From Lachnospiraceae bacterium (GTDB taxonomy: Bacteria; Bacillota; Clostridia; Lachnospirales; Lachnospiraceae): a stretch of 64,000 nucleotides of DNA. Made by a program: the position numbers and the translations under genes. Shown here in pieces: positions 7,103 to 17,030 of the stretch. The notes below the pieces were generated by a model. It was not told the origin of the DNA. It ran no database searches and worked only from the letters and a program-made list of their open reading frames with translations. Positions within the stretch are counted from its first letter, which is position 1. Each line of letters opens with the position of its first letter. The stretch is from positions 20,707 through 84,706 of the forward strand of contig JAFZRZ010000064.1 in the NCBI GenBank assembly GCA_017619635.1, read 5' to 3'.

Positions 7103-9997
7103 ATGACCAGAAGGATCAGAAGACTTATAGGCGGGATGTTCATAATAACTGCGATCATCTTTACACAGATCCCGCCACATCTGGCAGAGGCAGCTTCGGT
7201 TGCCAAAGAATACTTTTTGCTGGATGAAGACACATTGACAGAATATACAGGCACGGCTACAACCGTGTCTGTTTCTGATGATATCAAAGTTATAGGAGAA
7301 GAGGCTTTTGCCAATAATCCTTATCTGGGTGTTATCAACATAGGCAAGAATGTTAAGGAGATAAGACACGGAGCTTTTGCAAACTGTACATATCTTAACA
7401 GGGTTGTCATTCCTGACAGTGTGACATCCATAGGCTCGGCTGCTTTCAGCGGTTGCACGGGTCTTATTAATGTATCATTGGGTGCAAGTGTGGAAGAGAT
7501 GGGAGACGGAGTATTCGCAGGCTGCAGGAATCTTGCGGGTATAAGCGTTTCAAGAAAGAACGATAACTTCAAATATGAAGCAGGCGTTCTGTATGATGAC
7601 ACACAGCAGAAGATCTATACATATCTTTCGGGCAATCAGTATCCGGCATATCAGATGCCAAACTCAGTTGAACACATAAGCCCATACAGCTTCTGGGGGA
7701 ATGAAAACCTTTCTGAGGTTTATTTGAGCAGCAGACTGTGTGAGGTTCCAGCATATTCATTTTCCAACTGTAAGAATCTAAAGAGCATACAGATCCCGTA
7801 CAGTGTGAATTACATAGATGCCAAAGCATTCGAGAATTGCGTTAATCTTTCCGATGTAGAGATCCCGGGTTCTGTAACATATATCTCACCTACTGCATTT
7901 GACGGATGTCCAAAGCTTAACATCATCGCTGATGAGGGGACATATGCATATGATTACTTCAAGAACTATGAGAAGTCAGATGTAAGTGATTCGGAGAATC
8001 AGGACGCTTACGGCATATACAATAATGTCGGTGATGACATATATTACAGGAACAATGAGCAGAATAAAGACGATTCCAACATTTATTCATCACCTGAAAA
8101 TGTTTATACACCTTCTTCGGGACTTATAGATGCGAGCAGAGATCCCAGTAACGTGGAATGGATGCCGAGTGTTTCACCAATGTTTGCTGAGAATGATCCT
8201 TCACTGTTTGGAAAGACTGTCATAGTCGGAGGCAAGGCTGTTTTCTTCATAAACAGAGAGATGGAAGTAAAACAGATAGAAAAGGATGATACAGCCGTTA
8301 CTGAGACAATACCTTCAGTGACTGAAGATCAGACAGTTACTGATACGGATACCGTAGAGTCAGATACGGATTCATCAGATAACGGAAATGTCATATATGA
8401 TTCCGGAAAGGGAGGATATCTTCCAAAGTATACCTATGTCGGAGATAAGGTGGCATCACAGGCATATTATGCATCAACAAATCAGGATGATTTTGTGATA
8501 CCTGTCGGGACAAAAGAGATAGGAAGGTTCAGTTACGCAAGGAGTAACATTAAGAGCGTACGTATACCTGAAGGTGTTACAAAGATAGGATACGGAGCTT
8601 TTTATCACTGTGATGTCCTTTCTGATGTTACGATACCTTCCAGTGTCACTTATATCGATGAGTATGCATTTGACAATACATTGTATATGAAGAAATTCAT
8701 GTCAGACATCTCAGGTGATAAGTTCCTGATAGTGGGCGATGGCATACTGCTTGCTTATAACGGATCTGATGAGACAGTTAATATACCTGATAATGTAAAG
8801 AGTATCGCGGCAGGAAGTTTTTCGGAAAATGAGAGCATAAGACAGGTTTATGTGCCTGACAGTTGCAAACTCATTGATTCGGATGCTTTCAGGGACTGTA
8901 AGAATCTTATATCTGTAAATGGCATGAACGGTGTTGAAGCCATTGGCGACAGAGCTTTTATGGGATGTCCGTTAAGTGATGTGACATTACCTGAAAGTCT
9001 TGATTATATCGGATTAAAGGCGTTTGATTTCAGCAAGACTTCAAAGGCAGACAATACCAAGGTTGTTGCTCTAAAGGGAAATGATCTTGCAATAGTAACG
9101 GCAGATGAGACAAGTGAGAGACTTTCCAATGATGATTACAGGAAAGATGCTCTGTACAACGTGCTTTATGCCATAGTTGATGACGGTATTGATGAGTCAA
9201 TGCTTGAAGGCACGGTTTTGGATAATGATACACTGGGATTCTCAGGTATTGTCGTTAATATCAATGAAGATGATCAGACTGCGGATGTTGTTGCAAACAG
9301 GATATTCAGCGGTGATGTCCTGGCAGCGATGAGTGATACATTTATATACAACTCAAAAGAATACAGGATAAAAGGGCTCGACAGTGTTCAACCTGCATCT
9401 GAGCCATATAAATACGGACAGGCATCGGGGAATCTTGAAACTCTTCACAATAACTCTTCAGACACTGCATACAGCGCAAGGCTTTCTGAAGATGAGAATG
9501 TGGGAAGACTGTATATAGATGACAGCCTGAGTGCAAAAGAGGCACTTAATCTGGCATACAGCAAACTGTTTGGTTCCAATGTTGTTGATATGACAGCTTA
9601 CGATATTAAGCTTAAAGATCCCACTGACAACGTGGATATAAAACGTCTCGGACAGTCAGTGCTCTATGTTACCGTACCTCTTGAAAAAGAGGGAAGCATG
9701 TATCATGTAATAACGCTTGATGATGACGGTCAGCTTGAGGAGCTGAAAGCCAGTGTTGATACCGCTAACAAGAGCATAACGTTTGAGACGAGTCATCTTT
9801 CATATTTTGGTATATATACAACAGGAGAAGATAACCTGGTACTCAATGTAAAGGATGGCAAACTTGTTAAGAATTACAGGCTTGATGAATCACCCGATAC
9901 GGGAGATCATTCATTCTCTGTATATTATGTGATCGCGATATTATTCTTATCTGTCGGACTGATAATGGTATTCAGCAGAAAGAAAAGAGTCAGGTAA
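7103..9997 (+). CDS. Second BspA-type LRR cell-surface protein with C-terminal SPDTGD sorting signal
   Basis: Signal peptide MTRRIRRLIGGMFIITAIIFTQIPPHLAEA. Two blocks of LRR_5-like units (IGEEAFANNPYLGVINIG, IRHGAFANCTYLNRVVIP and similar) are separated by an acidic/Thr-rich spacer. The C-terminus has a motif, a TM helix and RKKRVR. Confidence 0.85.
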   Translation: MTRRIRRLIGGMFIITAIIFTQIPPHLAEAASVAKEYFLLDEDTLTEYTGTATTVSVSDDIKVIGEEAFANNPYLGVINIGKNVKEIRHGAFANCTYLNRVVIPDSVTSIGSAAFSGCTGLINVSLGASVEEMGDGVFAGCRNLAGISVSRKNDNFKYEAGVLYDDTQQKIYTYLSGNQYPAYQMPNSVEHISPYSFWGNENLSEVYLSSRLCEVPAYSFSNCKNLKSIQIPYSVNYIDAKAFENCVNLSDVEIPGSVTYISPTAFDGCPKLNIIADEGTYAYDYFKNYEKSDVSDSENQDAYGIYNNVGDDIYYRNNEQNKDDSNIYSSPENVYTPSSGLIDASRDPSNVEWMPSVSPMFAENDPSLFGKTVIVGGKAVFFINREMEVKQIEKDDTAVTETIPSVTEDQTVTDTDTVESDTDSSDNGNVIYDSGKGGYLPKYTYVGDKVASQAYYASTNQDDFVIPVGTKEIGRFSYARSNIKSVRIPEGVTKIGYGAFYHCDVLSDVTIPSSVTYIDEYAFDNTLYMKKFMSDISGDKFLIVGDGILLAYNGSDETVNIPDNVKSIAAGSFSENESIRQVYVPDSCKLIDSDAFRDCKNLISVNGMNGVEAIGDRAFMGCPLSDVTLPESLDYIGLKAFDFSKTSKADNTKVVALKGNDLAIVTADETSERLSNDDYRKDALYNVLYAIVDDGIDESMLEGTVLDNDTLGFSGIVVNINEDDQTADVVANRIFSGDVLAAMSDTFIYNSKEYRIKGLDSVQPASEPYKYGQASGNLETLHNNSSDTAYSARLSEDENVGRLYIDDSLSAKEALNLAYSKLFGSNVVDMTAYDIKLKDPTDNVDIKRLGQSVLYVTVPLEKEGSMYHVITLDDDGQLEELKASVDTANKSITFETSHLSYFGIYTTGEDNLVLNVKDGKLVKNYRLDESPDTGDHSFSVYYVIAILFLSVGLIMVFSRKKRVR
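9890..9994 (+). other. Cell-wall sorting signal: SPDTG-D + hydrophobic helix + RKKRVR tail
   Basis: The codons tca ccc gat acg gga (9890-9904) encode SPDTG. They are followed by DHSFS, VYYVIAILFLSVGLIMVF and SRKKRVR. Confidence 0.75.
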
Positions 9998-10042
9998 TAT
10001 CATATATGAGGGGAAAACAAATCAATCGGAAGGGGTTACAGT

Positions 10043-12271
10043 ATGGATTTAAAAGAAAGCATCCAGAAGAAGGCAGAAGACGCTAAGTTAAAAGCGGCTT
10101 CATTGAAGGAAAAGGCGGACCTCAAAGGATTATTTGGAAAGATTGCCGGGAAGAGCAAAGTCCCCACTGCGAAAAATTCAAAAGTGGCAGGAGCACTGTA
10201 TTCGATCAGGAATAAGATAATTCTATGTTTCCTGATACCTATAGTGTTCATGGTAATTATCGGTCTCGTGGCATACAATAAGGCATCAGACGGTATGCAG
10301 GAGAAGTTCATGGAATCCACTGGCCAGACCATATATATGGCCATGGAAAAGATTGATCTGAACAACAGCTTTATTGCCCAGCAGGCATATACTTATGCAT
10401 ATGACAAAGATCTGGGTTCATATTTCCTTGGTCTTTCAGAGGCAAGTGAGACTGCGGATATTCTCAAAAAGACCAGATCGAGTCTTGCAACGATACAAAA
10501 GAGTAATCCGAGTATCATGAATATCATCATCAATACAGGATCTGACCTTCAGGCGCTTACCACTGTAGCGCATGATTCGGGAACACTTGTATATGGTAAT
10601 TTCGAGGACTATGTGGCATCTACTCCGATGGAGGGTAAAAAGCTCAAGCCCTGGATCGATTCACATGAGGTATTGGATTCGCATTTGGGTCTAAAGGCAG
10701 ATGATTCGATCATATCTTATCAGACATATTCCGAAAAGAAGACGGCAGCCATCATATTTGACATATCATCGGCTTATATAGAGGATTCCTTAAAAGAGAT
10801 CGATCTCGGTGAGGGAAGCATAATCGGATTTGTTACCGAAAACGGCCGTGAAGTCATCAGTGAGAATATAAAAGAAGGCGGTAAGTCCGCTTTGAAAGAA
10901 GGACAGGCCGTATTCTACGGACAGGACTTTTATAATGAGATAATACCGGCTGATACTCAAGGCGAAGAAACAGAGGAAAGCGAAGCAGTGATGAGAGGAT
11001 CATCTGAGATAAAGTATCTTGGAGAGAAGTATCTTTTCATTTACAGCAGGAGCAGTGTTTGCGGGGCAACTCTTTGTGCACTTGTTCCGAAAGATATAGT
11101 CACATCACAGGCCGAGTCGATAAAGGTTGTAACCATATCCCTCGTTATACTTGCCAGCCTTATAGCCGGACTGTTCGGACTCTTCATAGCTTACGGCATA
11201 CAGAGAAATATGAAGCGTATCGGTAAATCTCTGGGTGAAGTTGAAAAGGGAGATCTTACTGTTAAAGTTAAGGCTACAGGAAGAGATGAGTTCTCTGATC
11301 TTGCTTTTGCGGCAAACAACATGATCGCAAACAATAAACGTCTCGTCACTCAGGTGAATAACGCAACGCAGGATTTGGAAGCTTCTGCGGGAGACGTAAA
11401 AGATGCGGCTGAGATCATAGACAGCTATTCTCACCAGATATCTGATGTTGTTGGAACCATCAATCAGGGAATGGAGAGACAGTCGAGACATGCAAATGAC
11501 TGTGTGGATAAGACGAAACAGTTGTCTGAAGAGATAAAAGGCATCAATAACACAATGAGTTCAGTAGAGAGCCTTGTTGTTGATACTGAGAAGATGATAA
11601 ACGAAGGTATGGAGAAAGTCAGCTTCCTAGGTGAAAGAGCTCAGGATACAAATGAGATCACCACAGAGGTTGGTAACAGCATCGAGAAACTTCGTAAAGA
11701 GACGGAACAGATAAACGACTTTGTAACTATGATATCTGACATAGCAGGTCAGACAAATCTGCTCTCGCTAAATGCTTCGATTGAAGCTGCAAGAGCAGGA
11801 GATGCGGGAAGAGGATTCAGTGTTGTCGCTGAAGAGATAAGAAAGCTTGCTGATCAGTCAAAGAACGCTGCTAAAGAGATACAGAATAATGTAGAGAAGA
11901 TCACCGGTCACACTCAGGAGACTGTTTCTTCAGCTCATAAGGCTGTTGAGATGGTTGCCGCTCAGACTCAGGCAGTAGATGAAGTTGTCGCTATCTTCCA
12001 TAAGATGAATGAACAGATGGGAGAGGTCGTAAAGTCTCTGCAGGATATAGTAAGCAACACTGAGCGTGCTGACATGCTCAGAGGAGAGACGCTTAAAACG
12101 GTAAGAAACATGTCTCAGATAATCGATGACAGTGCGGCAGGAGCATCAGCAGTCAATGAGGTTATTGACGAACTGATCCAAAATGTGGGTAACCTCAATA
12201 AGGTTTCAGAAAATCTGGACAGAAACATGGAAGGATTAAAAACTGAAATCTCTGCATTTAAAACTGAATAG
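10043..12271 (+). CDS. Methyl-accepting chemotaxis protein
   Basis: GGAAGGGG RBS. Two TM helices flank a ~290-aa sensor region, followed by a HAMP-like segment. The highly conserved signalling hairpin [38 protein letters not shown] is present. Confidence 0.9.
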   Translation: MDLKESIQKKAEDAKLKAASLKEKADLKGLFGKIAGKSKVPTAKNSKVAGALYSIRNKIILCFLIPIVFMVIIGLVAYNKASDGMQEKFMESTGQTIYMAMEKIDLNNSFIAQQAYTYAYDKDLGSYFLGLSEASETADILKKTRSSLATIQKSNPSIMNIIINTGSDLQALTTVAHDSGTLVYGNFEDYVASTPMEGKKLKPWIDSHEVLDSHLGLKADDSIISYQTYSEKKTAAIIFDISSAYIEDSLKEIDLGEGSIIGFVTENGREVISENIKEGGKSALKEGQAVFYGQDFYNEIIPADTQGEETEESEAVMRGSSEIKYLGEKYLFIYSRSSVCGATLCALVPKDIVTSQAESIKVVTISLVILASLIAGLFGLFIAYGIQRNMKRIGKSLGEVEKGDLTVKVKATGRDEFSDLAFAANNMIANNKRLVTQVNNATQDLEASAGDVKDAAEIIDSYSHQISDVVGTINQGMERQSRHANDCVDKTKQLSEEIKGINNTMSSVESLVVDTEKMINEGMEKVSFLGERAQDTNEITTEVGNSIEKLRKETEQINDFVTMISDIAGQTNLLSLNASIEAARAGDAGRGFSVVAEEIRKLADQSKNAAKEIQNNVEKITGHTQETVSSAHKAVEMVAAQTQAVDEVVAIFHKMNEQMGEVVKSLQDIVSNTERADMLRGETLKTVRNMSQIIDDSAAGASAVNEVIDELIQNVGNLNKVSENLDRNMEGLKTEISAFKTE

Positions 12272-12297
12272 AGTTATATCATGAACATATAAAAACT

Positions 12298-12351
12298 ACC
12301 CCGGAGACAGTATTAGGGACATCCTGTAAACAGTCTTTGGGGTATTTTTTT
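12298..12351 (+). terminator. Rho-independent terminator after the MCP gene
   Basis: ACCCCGGAGAC (12298-12308) pairs with GTCTTTGGGGT (12333-12343), including two G-U pairs. An inner helix TTAGG/CCTgTAA is also possible. Followed by ATTTTTTT. Confidence 0.7.
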
Positions 12352-12403
12352 GCTCTTAGATATAACGTTTGAGTATCTGGGGTATAAGAATAGGATTTAA
12401 AGG

Positions 12404-12432
12404 TTGACATAGTTGGTATAATTGTATACAAT
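12404..12432 (+). promoter_or_regulatory. Sigma-A-type promoter of the citrate-synthase-like/GntR/icd unit
   Basis: TTGACA (12404-12409), a 17-nt spacer, then TACAAT (12427-12432). A GGGAG RBS at 12461-12465 precedes ATG 12474. Confidence 0.65.
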
Positions 12433-12436
12433 CATA
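12417..12436. promoter_or_regulatory. Candidate GntR/FadR-type operator (palindrome) overlapping the -10 box
   Basis: ATTGTATACAAT (12421-12432) is a perfect 12-bp palindrome. It extends to TATaATTGTATACAATcATA as an 18/20 palindrome and contains the GT-Nx-AC core typical of GntR-family operators. Confidence 0.55.
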
Positions 12437-12473
12437 CGAGTGAACAATTTTCGCTTATAAGGGAGATTATGAT

Positions 12474-13883
12474 ATGTACGAATTTGAAGGATTTCACAAC
12501 AGTCCGGTTCAGATGAACCCCAAAAACAATCTTTTAGAGATAGAAGAACACATGTATATTCTGGATGATGTTGAGAAACCCAATGTTTTCAGAAATATGT
12601 TTCCGTATTCGGAGATCCCGAAGATACCTTTCAATAACAGGATAGTTCCTACAAATATGCCAAAGGATATCTGGATCACTGATACAACTTTCAGAGACGG
12701 TCAGCAGTCGCGTGCTCCTTACAGCACAGAACAGATAGTCACAATATACGATTATCTTAACAGACTCGGCGGCCCCAACGGAATGATAAGAGCCAGCGAA
12801 TTCTTCTTATATAGTAAGAAGGACAGAGATGCTGTCTATAAATGTATGGAAAGAGGCTATGAGTTCCCTGAAGTCACAAGCTGGATCAGAGCGAGCAAGG
12901 AAGACTTTAAGCTCGTTAAAGAGATCGGCATGAAAGAGACAGGTATACTCGTAAGCTGTTCTGACTATCATATCTTCTTAAAACTTAAGATGACCAGAAA
13001 ACAGGCTATGGAGCATTATCTGAGCGTTGTAAGACAGTGCCTTGACGAGGGTATTGCCGTAAGATGTCATCTTGAAGATATAACAAGAGCGGATATCTAC
13101 GGTTTTGTTGTTCCTTTCTGCGTAGAGCTTATGAAGCTTATGAAGGAATACAATATCCCTGTTAAGATCAGAGCATGTGATACCATGGGTTATGGTGTTA
13201 ACTTCTCAGGTGCGGTAATCCCAAGAAGCGTTCAGGGCATCATTTATGCTCTTCACACAAACGGCGGTGTGCCTCATGAGCTTTTGGAGTGGCATGGACA
13301 TAATGACTTCTATAAAGCTGTCGTTAATTCGACCACTGCATGGTTATATGGCTGCAGCGCTGTAAATACATCTCTTTTCGGTATAGGTGAAAGAACAGGT
13401 AACACACCTCTTGAAGCTATGGTATTTGAGTATGCACAGCTTAAAGGTGATCTTAACGGTATGGATACGACTGTTATCACAGAGCTCGCACAGTATTATG
13501 AGAAAGAGATAGGTTATAAGATACCTCCTAGAACACCGTTCGTAGGAAAGAATTTCAATGTTACCAGAGCAGGTATACATGCAGACGGTCTTCTTAAGAA
13601 TGAGGAGATATACAACATATTTGACACAGAGAAGTTCTTAAACCGCCCTGTACTCTGTGCGGTCAGCAATACATCGGGACTCGCAGGCATAGCTCACTGG
13701 ATAAACACATATTATAAACTTCCGGATGAGAAGAAGGTAGACAAGAGCTCTCAGCTTGTTCGTGATGTGAAAGACTGGGTTGACGGAGAATATGAATCCG
13801 GACGTGTAACAGTCCTCACTGATGAAGAGCTAATCGCTGTAATTGATAAAAACTGTAAGAAACTCGGGATCGAATTGGTGTAG
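12474..13883 (+). CDS. Homocitrate synthase/2-isopropylmalate synthase-family enzyme, probable Re-face citrate synthase
   Basis: The HMGL-like TIM-barrel motifs ITDTTFRDGQQS and EWHGHNDF (HxH metal site) are present. Length is 469 aa, and the gene is linked to isocitrate dehydrogenase as in clostridial Re-citrate synthase loci. Confidence 0.6.
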   Translation: MYEFEGFHNSPVQMNPKNNLLEIEEHMYILDDVEKPNVFRNMFPYSEIPKIPFNNRIVPTNMPKDIWITDTTFRDGQQSRAPYSTEQIVTIYDYLNRLGGPNGMIRASEFFLYSKKDRDAVYKCMERGYEFPEVTSWIRASKEDFKLVKEIGMKETGILVSCSDYHIFLKLKMTRKQAMEHYLSVVRQCLDEGIAVRCHLEDITRADIYGFVVPFCVELMKLMKEYNIPVKIRACDTMGYGVNFSGAVIPRSVQGIIYALHTNGGVPHELLEWHGHNDFYKAVVNSTTAWLYGCSAVNTSLFGIGERTGNTPLEAMVFEYAQLKGDLNGMDTTVITELAQYYEKEIGYKIPPRTPFVGKNFNVTRAGIHADGLLKNEEIYNIFDTEKFLNRPVLCAVSNTSGLAGIAHWINTYYKLPDEKKVDKSSQLVRDVKDWVDGEYESGRVTVLTDEELIAVIDKNCKKLGIELV

Positions 13884-13886
13884 GTT

Positions 13887-14591
13887 ATGGCAAATTACGA
13901 TGTGAAAAACGAGGTCACTGATAAGTATTCCCTGAGAGGCAGGGTATATCATAAGATCAGGGACAATATTTTAAACGGTGTATATAAGGAAAACGAGGAA
14001 CTCAAGGAAGTCGCTATCGGCGAAGAACTGGGAGTTTCACGTACGCCTGTCAGAGAAGCGTTTAGACAGCTTGAACTTGAAGGGCTTATACAGATAATAC
14101 CCAACAAGGGTGCATATGTTACAGGCATTACAGTCAAGGATGTTCAGGATATATACATGATGAGGTCAAAGCTTGAGGGACTTGCTGCCCGTTGGGCAAC
14201 GACCAACATCACCGAAGCTCAGATGGAGGAGATGGAAGAGAATATCTACCTTTCCGAGTTTCATGCTTCAAAGGGGCACCTAGAGCAGATAGCGACACTG
14301 GACAACAGGTTTCATGAGATATTATATGAAGCATGTAACAGTAAGATGTTGGAGCATCAGCTGAGAGATTTCCATGAATATGTTCTAAGGGTAAGAAAAC
14401 GCACACTGTCTCAGTTTAAACGAAGCAGTGAATCGACCAAGGAACACAGGGAGATAATGGAGGCCATAAAAGCAGGTGATGCTGACAGAGCCGAGGAAGC
14501 AGCCAATCGACATATTGTTAATGCATATGATAATATGGTAAAGAACGGACTTAAAGAAGCCTATGAGGGCACTAAAAAAGGAGAGGAATAG
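13887..14591 (+). CDS. GntR-family transcriptional regulator (FadR/FCD subfamily)
   Basis: The winged-HTH [32 protein letters not shown] is followed by an all-helical FCD-like C-terminal domain ([11 protein letters not shown]...H). Confidence 0.88.
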   Translation: MANYDVKNEVTDKYSLRGRVYHKIRDNILNGVYKENEELKEVAIGEELGVSRTPVREAFRQLELEGLIQIIPNKGAYVTGITVKDVQDIYMMRSKLEGLAARWATTNITEAQMEEMEENIYLSEFHASKGHLEQIATLDNRFHEILYEACNSKMLEHQLRDFHEYVLRVRKRTLSQFKRSSESTKEHREIMEAIKAGDADRAEEAANRHIVNAYDNMVKNGLKEAYEGTKKGEE

Positions 14592-14596
14592 ACAGC

Positions 14597-15805
14597 ATGG
14601 ATAAGATTAAGATGACAACACCTATCGTTGAGATGGACGGAGACGAGATGACTAGGATACTCTGGCAGATGATAAAGGATGAGCTTTTACTTCCTTATAT
14701 CGATCTTAACACAGAGTATTATGATCTCGGACTTGTACACAGAAATGAGACAAACGATCAGGTTACCATAGACAGTGCAAATGCCACAAAGAAGTATGGC
14801 GTTGCAGTTAAATGCGCTACCATCACACCTAACCAGGCAAGAATGAGTGAATACGACTTAAAGGAGATGTGGAAGAGTCCTAACGGTACGATAAGAGCCA
14901 TGCTTGACGGAACGGTTTTCCGTACCCCCATTATCGTAAAAGGTATCGAACCCTGTGTAAGAAACTGGGAGAAACCCATCACTCTTGCAAGACATGCTTA
15001 CGGTGATGTTTATAAGAATGTTGAGATCATCGTTCCCGGCGAAGGAACAGCAAAGCTCGTGTTCACAGATAAGGACGGCAACACCAAGGAAGAAGTCATC
15101 CATGAGTTTAAGGGTGCAGGTGTGATTCAGGGTATGCACAATACCAATAAATCCATCGAGAGCTTTGCACGTGCATGCTTCACATATGCTATCGCTTTGA
15201 AACAGGATATCTGGTTTGCAACAAAGGATACCATTTCAAAGAAGTACGATCATACATTCAAGGATATATTTGCAGAGATATTTGAAAATGAGTTCAAGGC
15301 AAAATTTGACGAACTTGGTATAGAGTATTTCTATACACTGATCGATGATGCAGTTGCTAGAGTAATGAAGAGTAAGGGCGGTTTCATATGGGCCTGCAAG
15401 AACTATGACGGAGACGTTATGAGTGACATGGTAAGCTCTGCATTCGGTTCACTTGCCATGATGACAAGCGTACTTGTATCACCTGATGGAGTTTATGAGT
15501 ATGAGGCAGCTCACGGAACTGTTCAGAGACATTATTATAAGCATCTTAAAGGCGAAGAGACGAGCACAAACTCTGTAGCTACTATATTTGCATGGACAGG
15601 AGCTTTAAGAAAGAGAGGCGAGCTTGACAAAAATAACGAGCTTATTAAGTTTGCCGATGCACTTGAAAAAGCAACACTTTCTACCATCGAGTCAGGAAAG
15701 ATGACAAAGGACCTTGCGCTTATCACAAGCCTTACAGATGTTACAGTCCTTAATTCACAGGATTTCATCAAAGCTATAAGAGAAGAGCTTGATAAGCTTA
15801 TATAA
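14597..15805 (+). CDS. icd: NADP-dependent isocitrate dehydrogenase (eukaryote-like type)
   Basis: 402 aa with the motifs [39 protein letters not shown] and HGTVQRHY, characteristic of IDH1/2-like bacterial enzymes. Confidence 0.92.
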   Translation: MDKIKMTTPIVEMDGDEMTRILWQMIKDELLLPYIDLNTEYYDLGLVHRNETNDQVTIDSANATKKYGVAVKCATITPNQARMSEYDLKEMWKSPNGTIRAMLDGTVFRTPIIVKGIEPCVRNWEKPITLARHAYGDVYKNVEIIVPGEGTAKLVFTDKDGNTKEEVIHEFKGAGVIQGMHNTNKSIESFARACFTYAIALKQDIWFATKDTISKKYDHTFKDIFAEIFENEFKAKFDELGIEYFYTLIDDAVARVMKSKGGFIWACKNYDGDVMSDMVSSAFGSLAMMTSVLVSPDGVYEYEAAHGTVQRHYYKHLKGEETSTNSVATIFAWTGALRKRGELDKNNELIKFADALEKATLSTIESGKMTKDLALITSLTDVTVLNSQDFIKAIREELDKLI

Positions 15806-15827
15806 TACGTGTAAGAAGGATAATAAA

Positions 15828-17027
15828 ATGAAGACTATCGGTATAAGAAAGATCACATATATGATCACGCTGGCTTTGTTCCTCTGCGTGTTCTCTGGCT
15901 GCTGTATAAAGCATGACTGGCAGGAGGCAACCTGTGAAGAACCTGAGACATGCAGCAAGTGTGGAAAGACCAGAGGTGAAGAACTCGGTCATGACTGGGA
16001 AAAAGCAACCTGTGAAGAACCAAAGACCTGCAGTGTCTGTGGTGAGACTAAAGGTAAACCGCTGGGCCATGACTGGGAAGAAGCCACCTGTGAAAAACCA
16101 AAAACATGTAAAAGATGTGATAAGACTGAAGGCGAGCCTCTTGAGCATGAATGGATATATGCGACCATTACTGAGCCAAAGCATTGTATAAACTGTGGTG
16201 CGACAGAAGGAGATGCCATAAGCGTTGATATCATCTCCATGGAAGATATAACAGGCGGAAACTGGGATTATATCTGTGCATATGAGGATTCTGTTGTCTG
16301 TGCAAGGGACAATGGAAAAGAAGTAAACGTTGGATTCTATGATTATAACGGTACAGTGCTCAATGAGTTTTCATATTCGATATCAAGTGCCTATTCATGG
16401 AGCTATACGATGCCGAGTGATATCAACAATAAGATAGGCTTCCAGTCGACGGTATTTGATAGCAGTAAAAACGGAACCATAACACTTTATGATCCTTACG
16501 GAAAAGAAATACAGAAATTTGAGATAAAATATCCTTTTGATTACAGCTATATATATCTGACAAGAGTAGCTGACGATCAGAGATATCTTGCCGAGGCAAA
16601 CGCCGAGAATTATCAGGTCGCATACTGGCTTGATACAGAGACTTTGGAACTCATAGAAGCAAAGAAACAGAATCATGTTCTCTGGGGAATAGATTATGAT
16701 TATGACAAGAGTAAGTACAGCTTCATCACCAGAATGATAAATGCAGGTATGACAGGATTCTTTGTGGGTGATGCATACGAAGAGCACTGGGGATATCTTG
16801 ATGATAATCAGAATGAGATAGCGATGTATAAGGATGCTACCGAATTCAATATTTACGGATATGCTCTTGTTTCTGATGACGGCTATTCTTATGATATCAT
16901 CGATAAGGATTTCAATGTGGTCGGTGAAGATGTAATACAGGGTAATGGTGCTTATTTGAGATCAGGAAACAGCCCAGTGTTTGCTGTCCTTACCGATAAC
17001 GGATATACAGATATACTGGTTAAATAA
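15828..17027 (+). CDS. Lipoprotein with four tandem H-x6-C-x5-C-x2-C repeats and a WG-repeat-like C-terminal domain
   Basis: AAGAAGGA RBS before ATG 15828; the track start 15789 would overlap icd. The signal sequence has lipobox VFSGC. The unit is HDWxxATCExPxTCxxCGxTxGxxLG, repeated about four times. The C-terminus contains WGYLDDNQNEIAMYKDA...YGYALVSDDG (KWG/WG-repeat-like). Confidence 0.7.
   Translation: MKTIGIRKITYMITLALFLCVFSGCCIKHDWQEATCEEPETCSKCGKTRGEELGHDWEKATCEEPKTCSVCGETKGKPLGHDWEEATCEKPKTCKRCDKTEGEPLEHEWIYATITEPKHCINCGATEGDAISVDIISMEDITGGNWDYICAYEDSVVCARDNGKEVNVGFYDYNGTVLNEFSYSISSAYSWSYTMPSDINNKIGFQSTVFDSSKNGTITLYDPYGKEIQKFEIKYPFDYSYIYLTRVADDQRYLAEANAENYQVAYWLDTETLELIEAKKQNHVLWGIDYDYDKSKYSFITRMINAGMTGFFVGDAYEEHWGYLDDNQNEIAMYKDATEFNIYGYALVSDDGYSYDIIDKDFNVVGEDVIQGNGAYLRSGNSPVFAVLTDNGYTDILVK
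15912..16223 (+). repeat. Four in-frame tandem 78-nt (26-aa) repeats encoding His/Cys3 modules
   Basis: Units start at 15912, 15990, 16068 and 16146. The fourth is degenerate (HEWIYATITEPKHCINCGATEGDAIS). Confidence 0.85.
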
Positions 17028-17030
17028 AGT

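Noticed and set aside
15798-16240. Three extra ORFs overlap the Cys-repeat region: 15913-16191 (+), 15798-16184 (-) and 15989-16240 (-).
   Set aside because: They are artefacts of the 78-nt tandem repeat. A stop-free unit stays stop-free in other frames when repeated. Only the frame with a signal peptide, lipobox and conserved His/Cys spacing is coherent.
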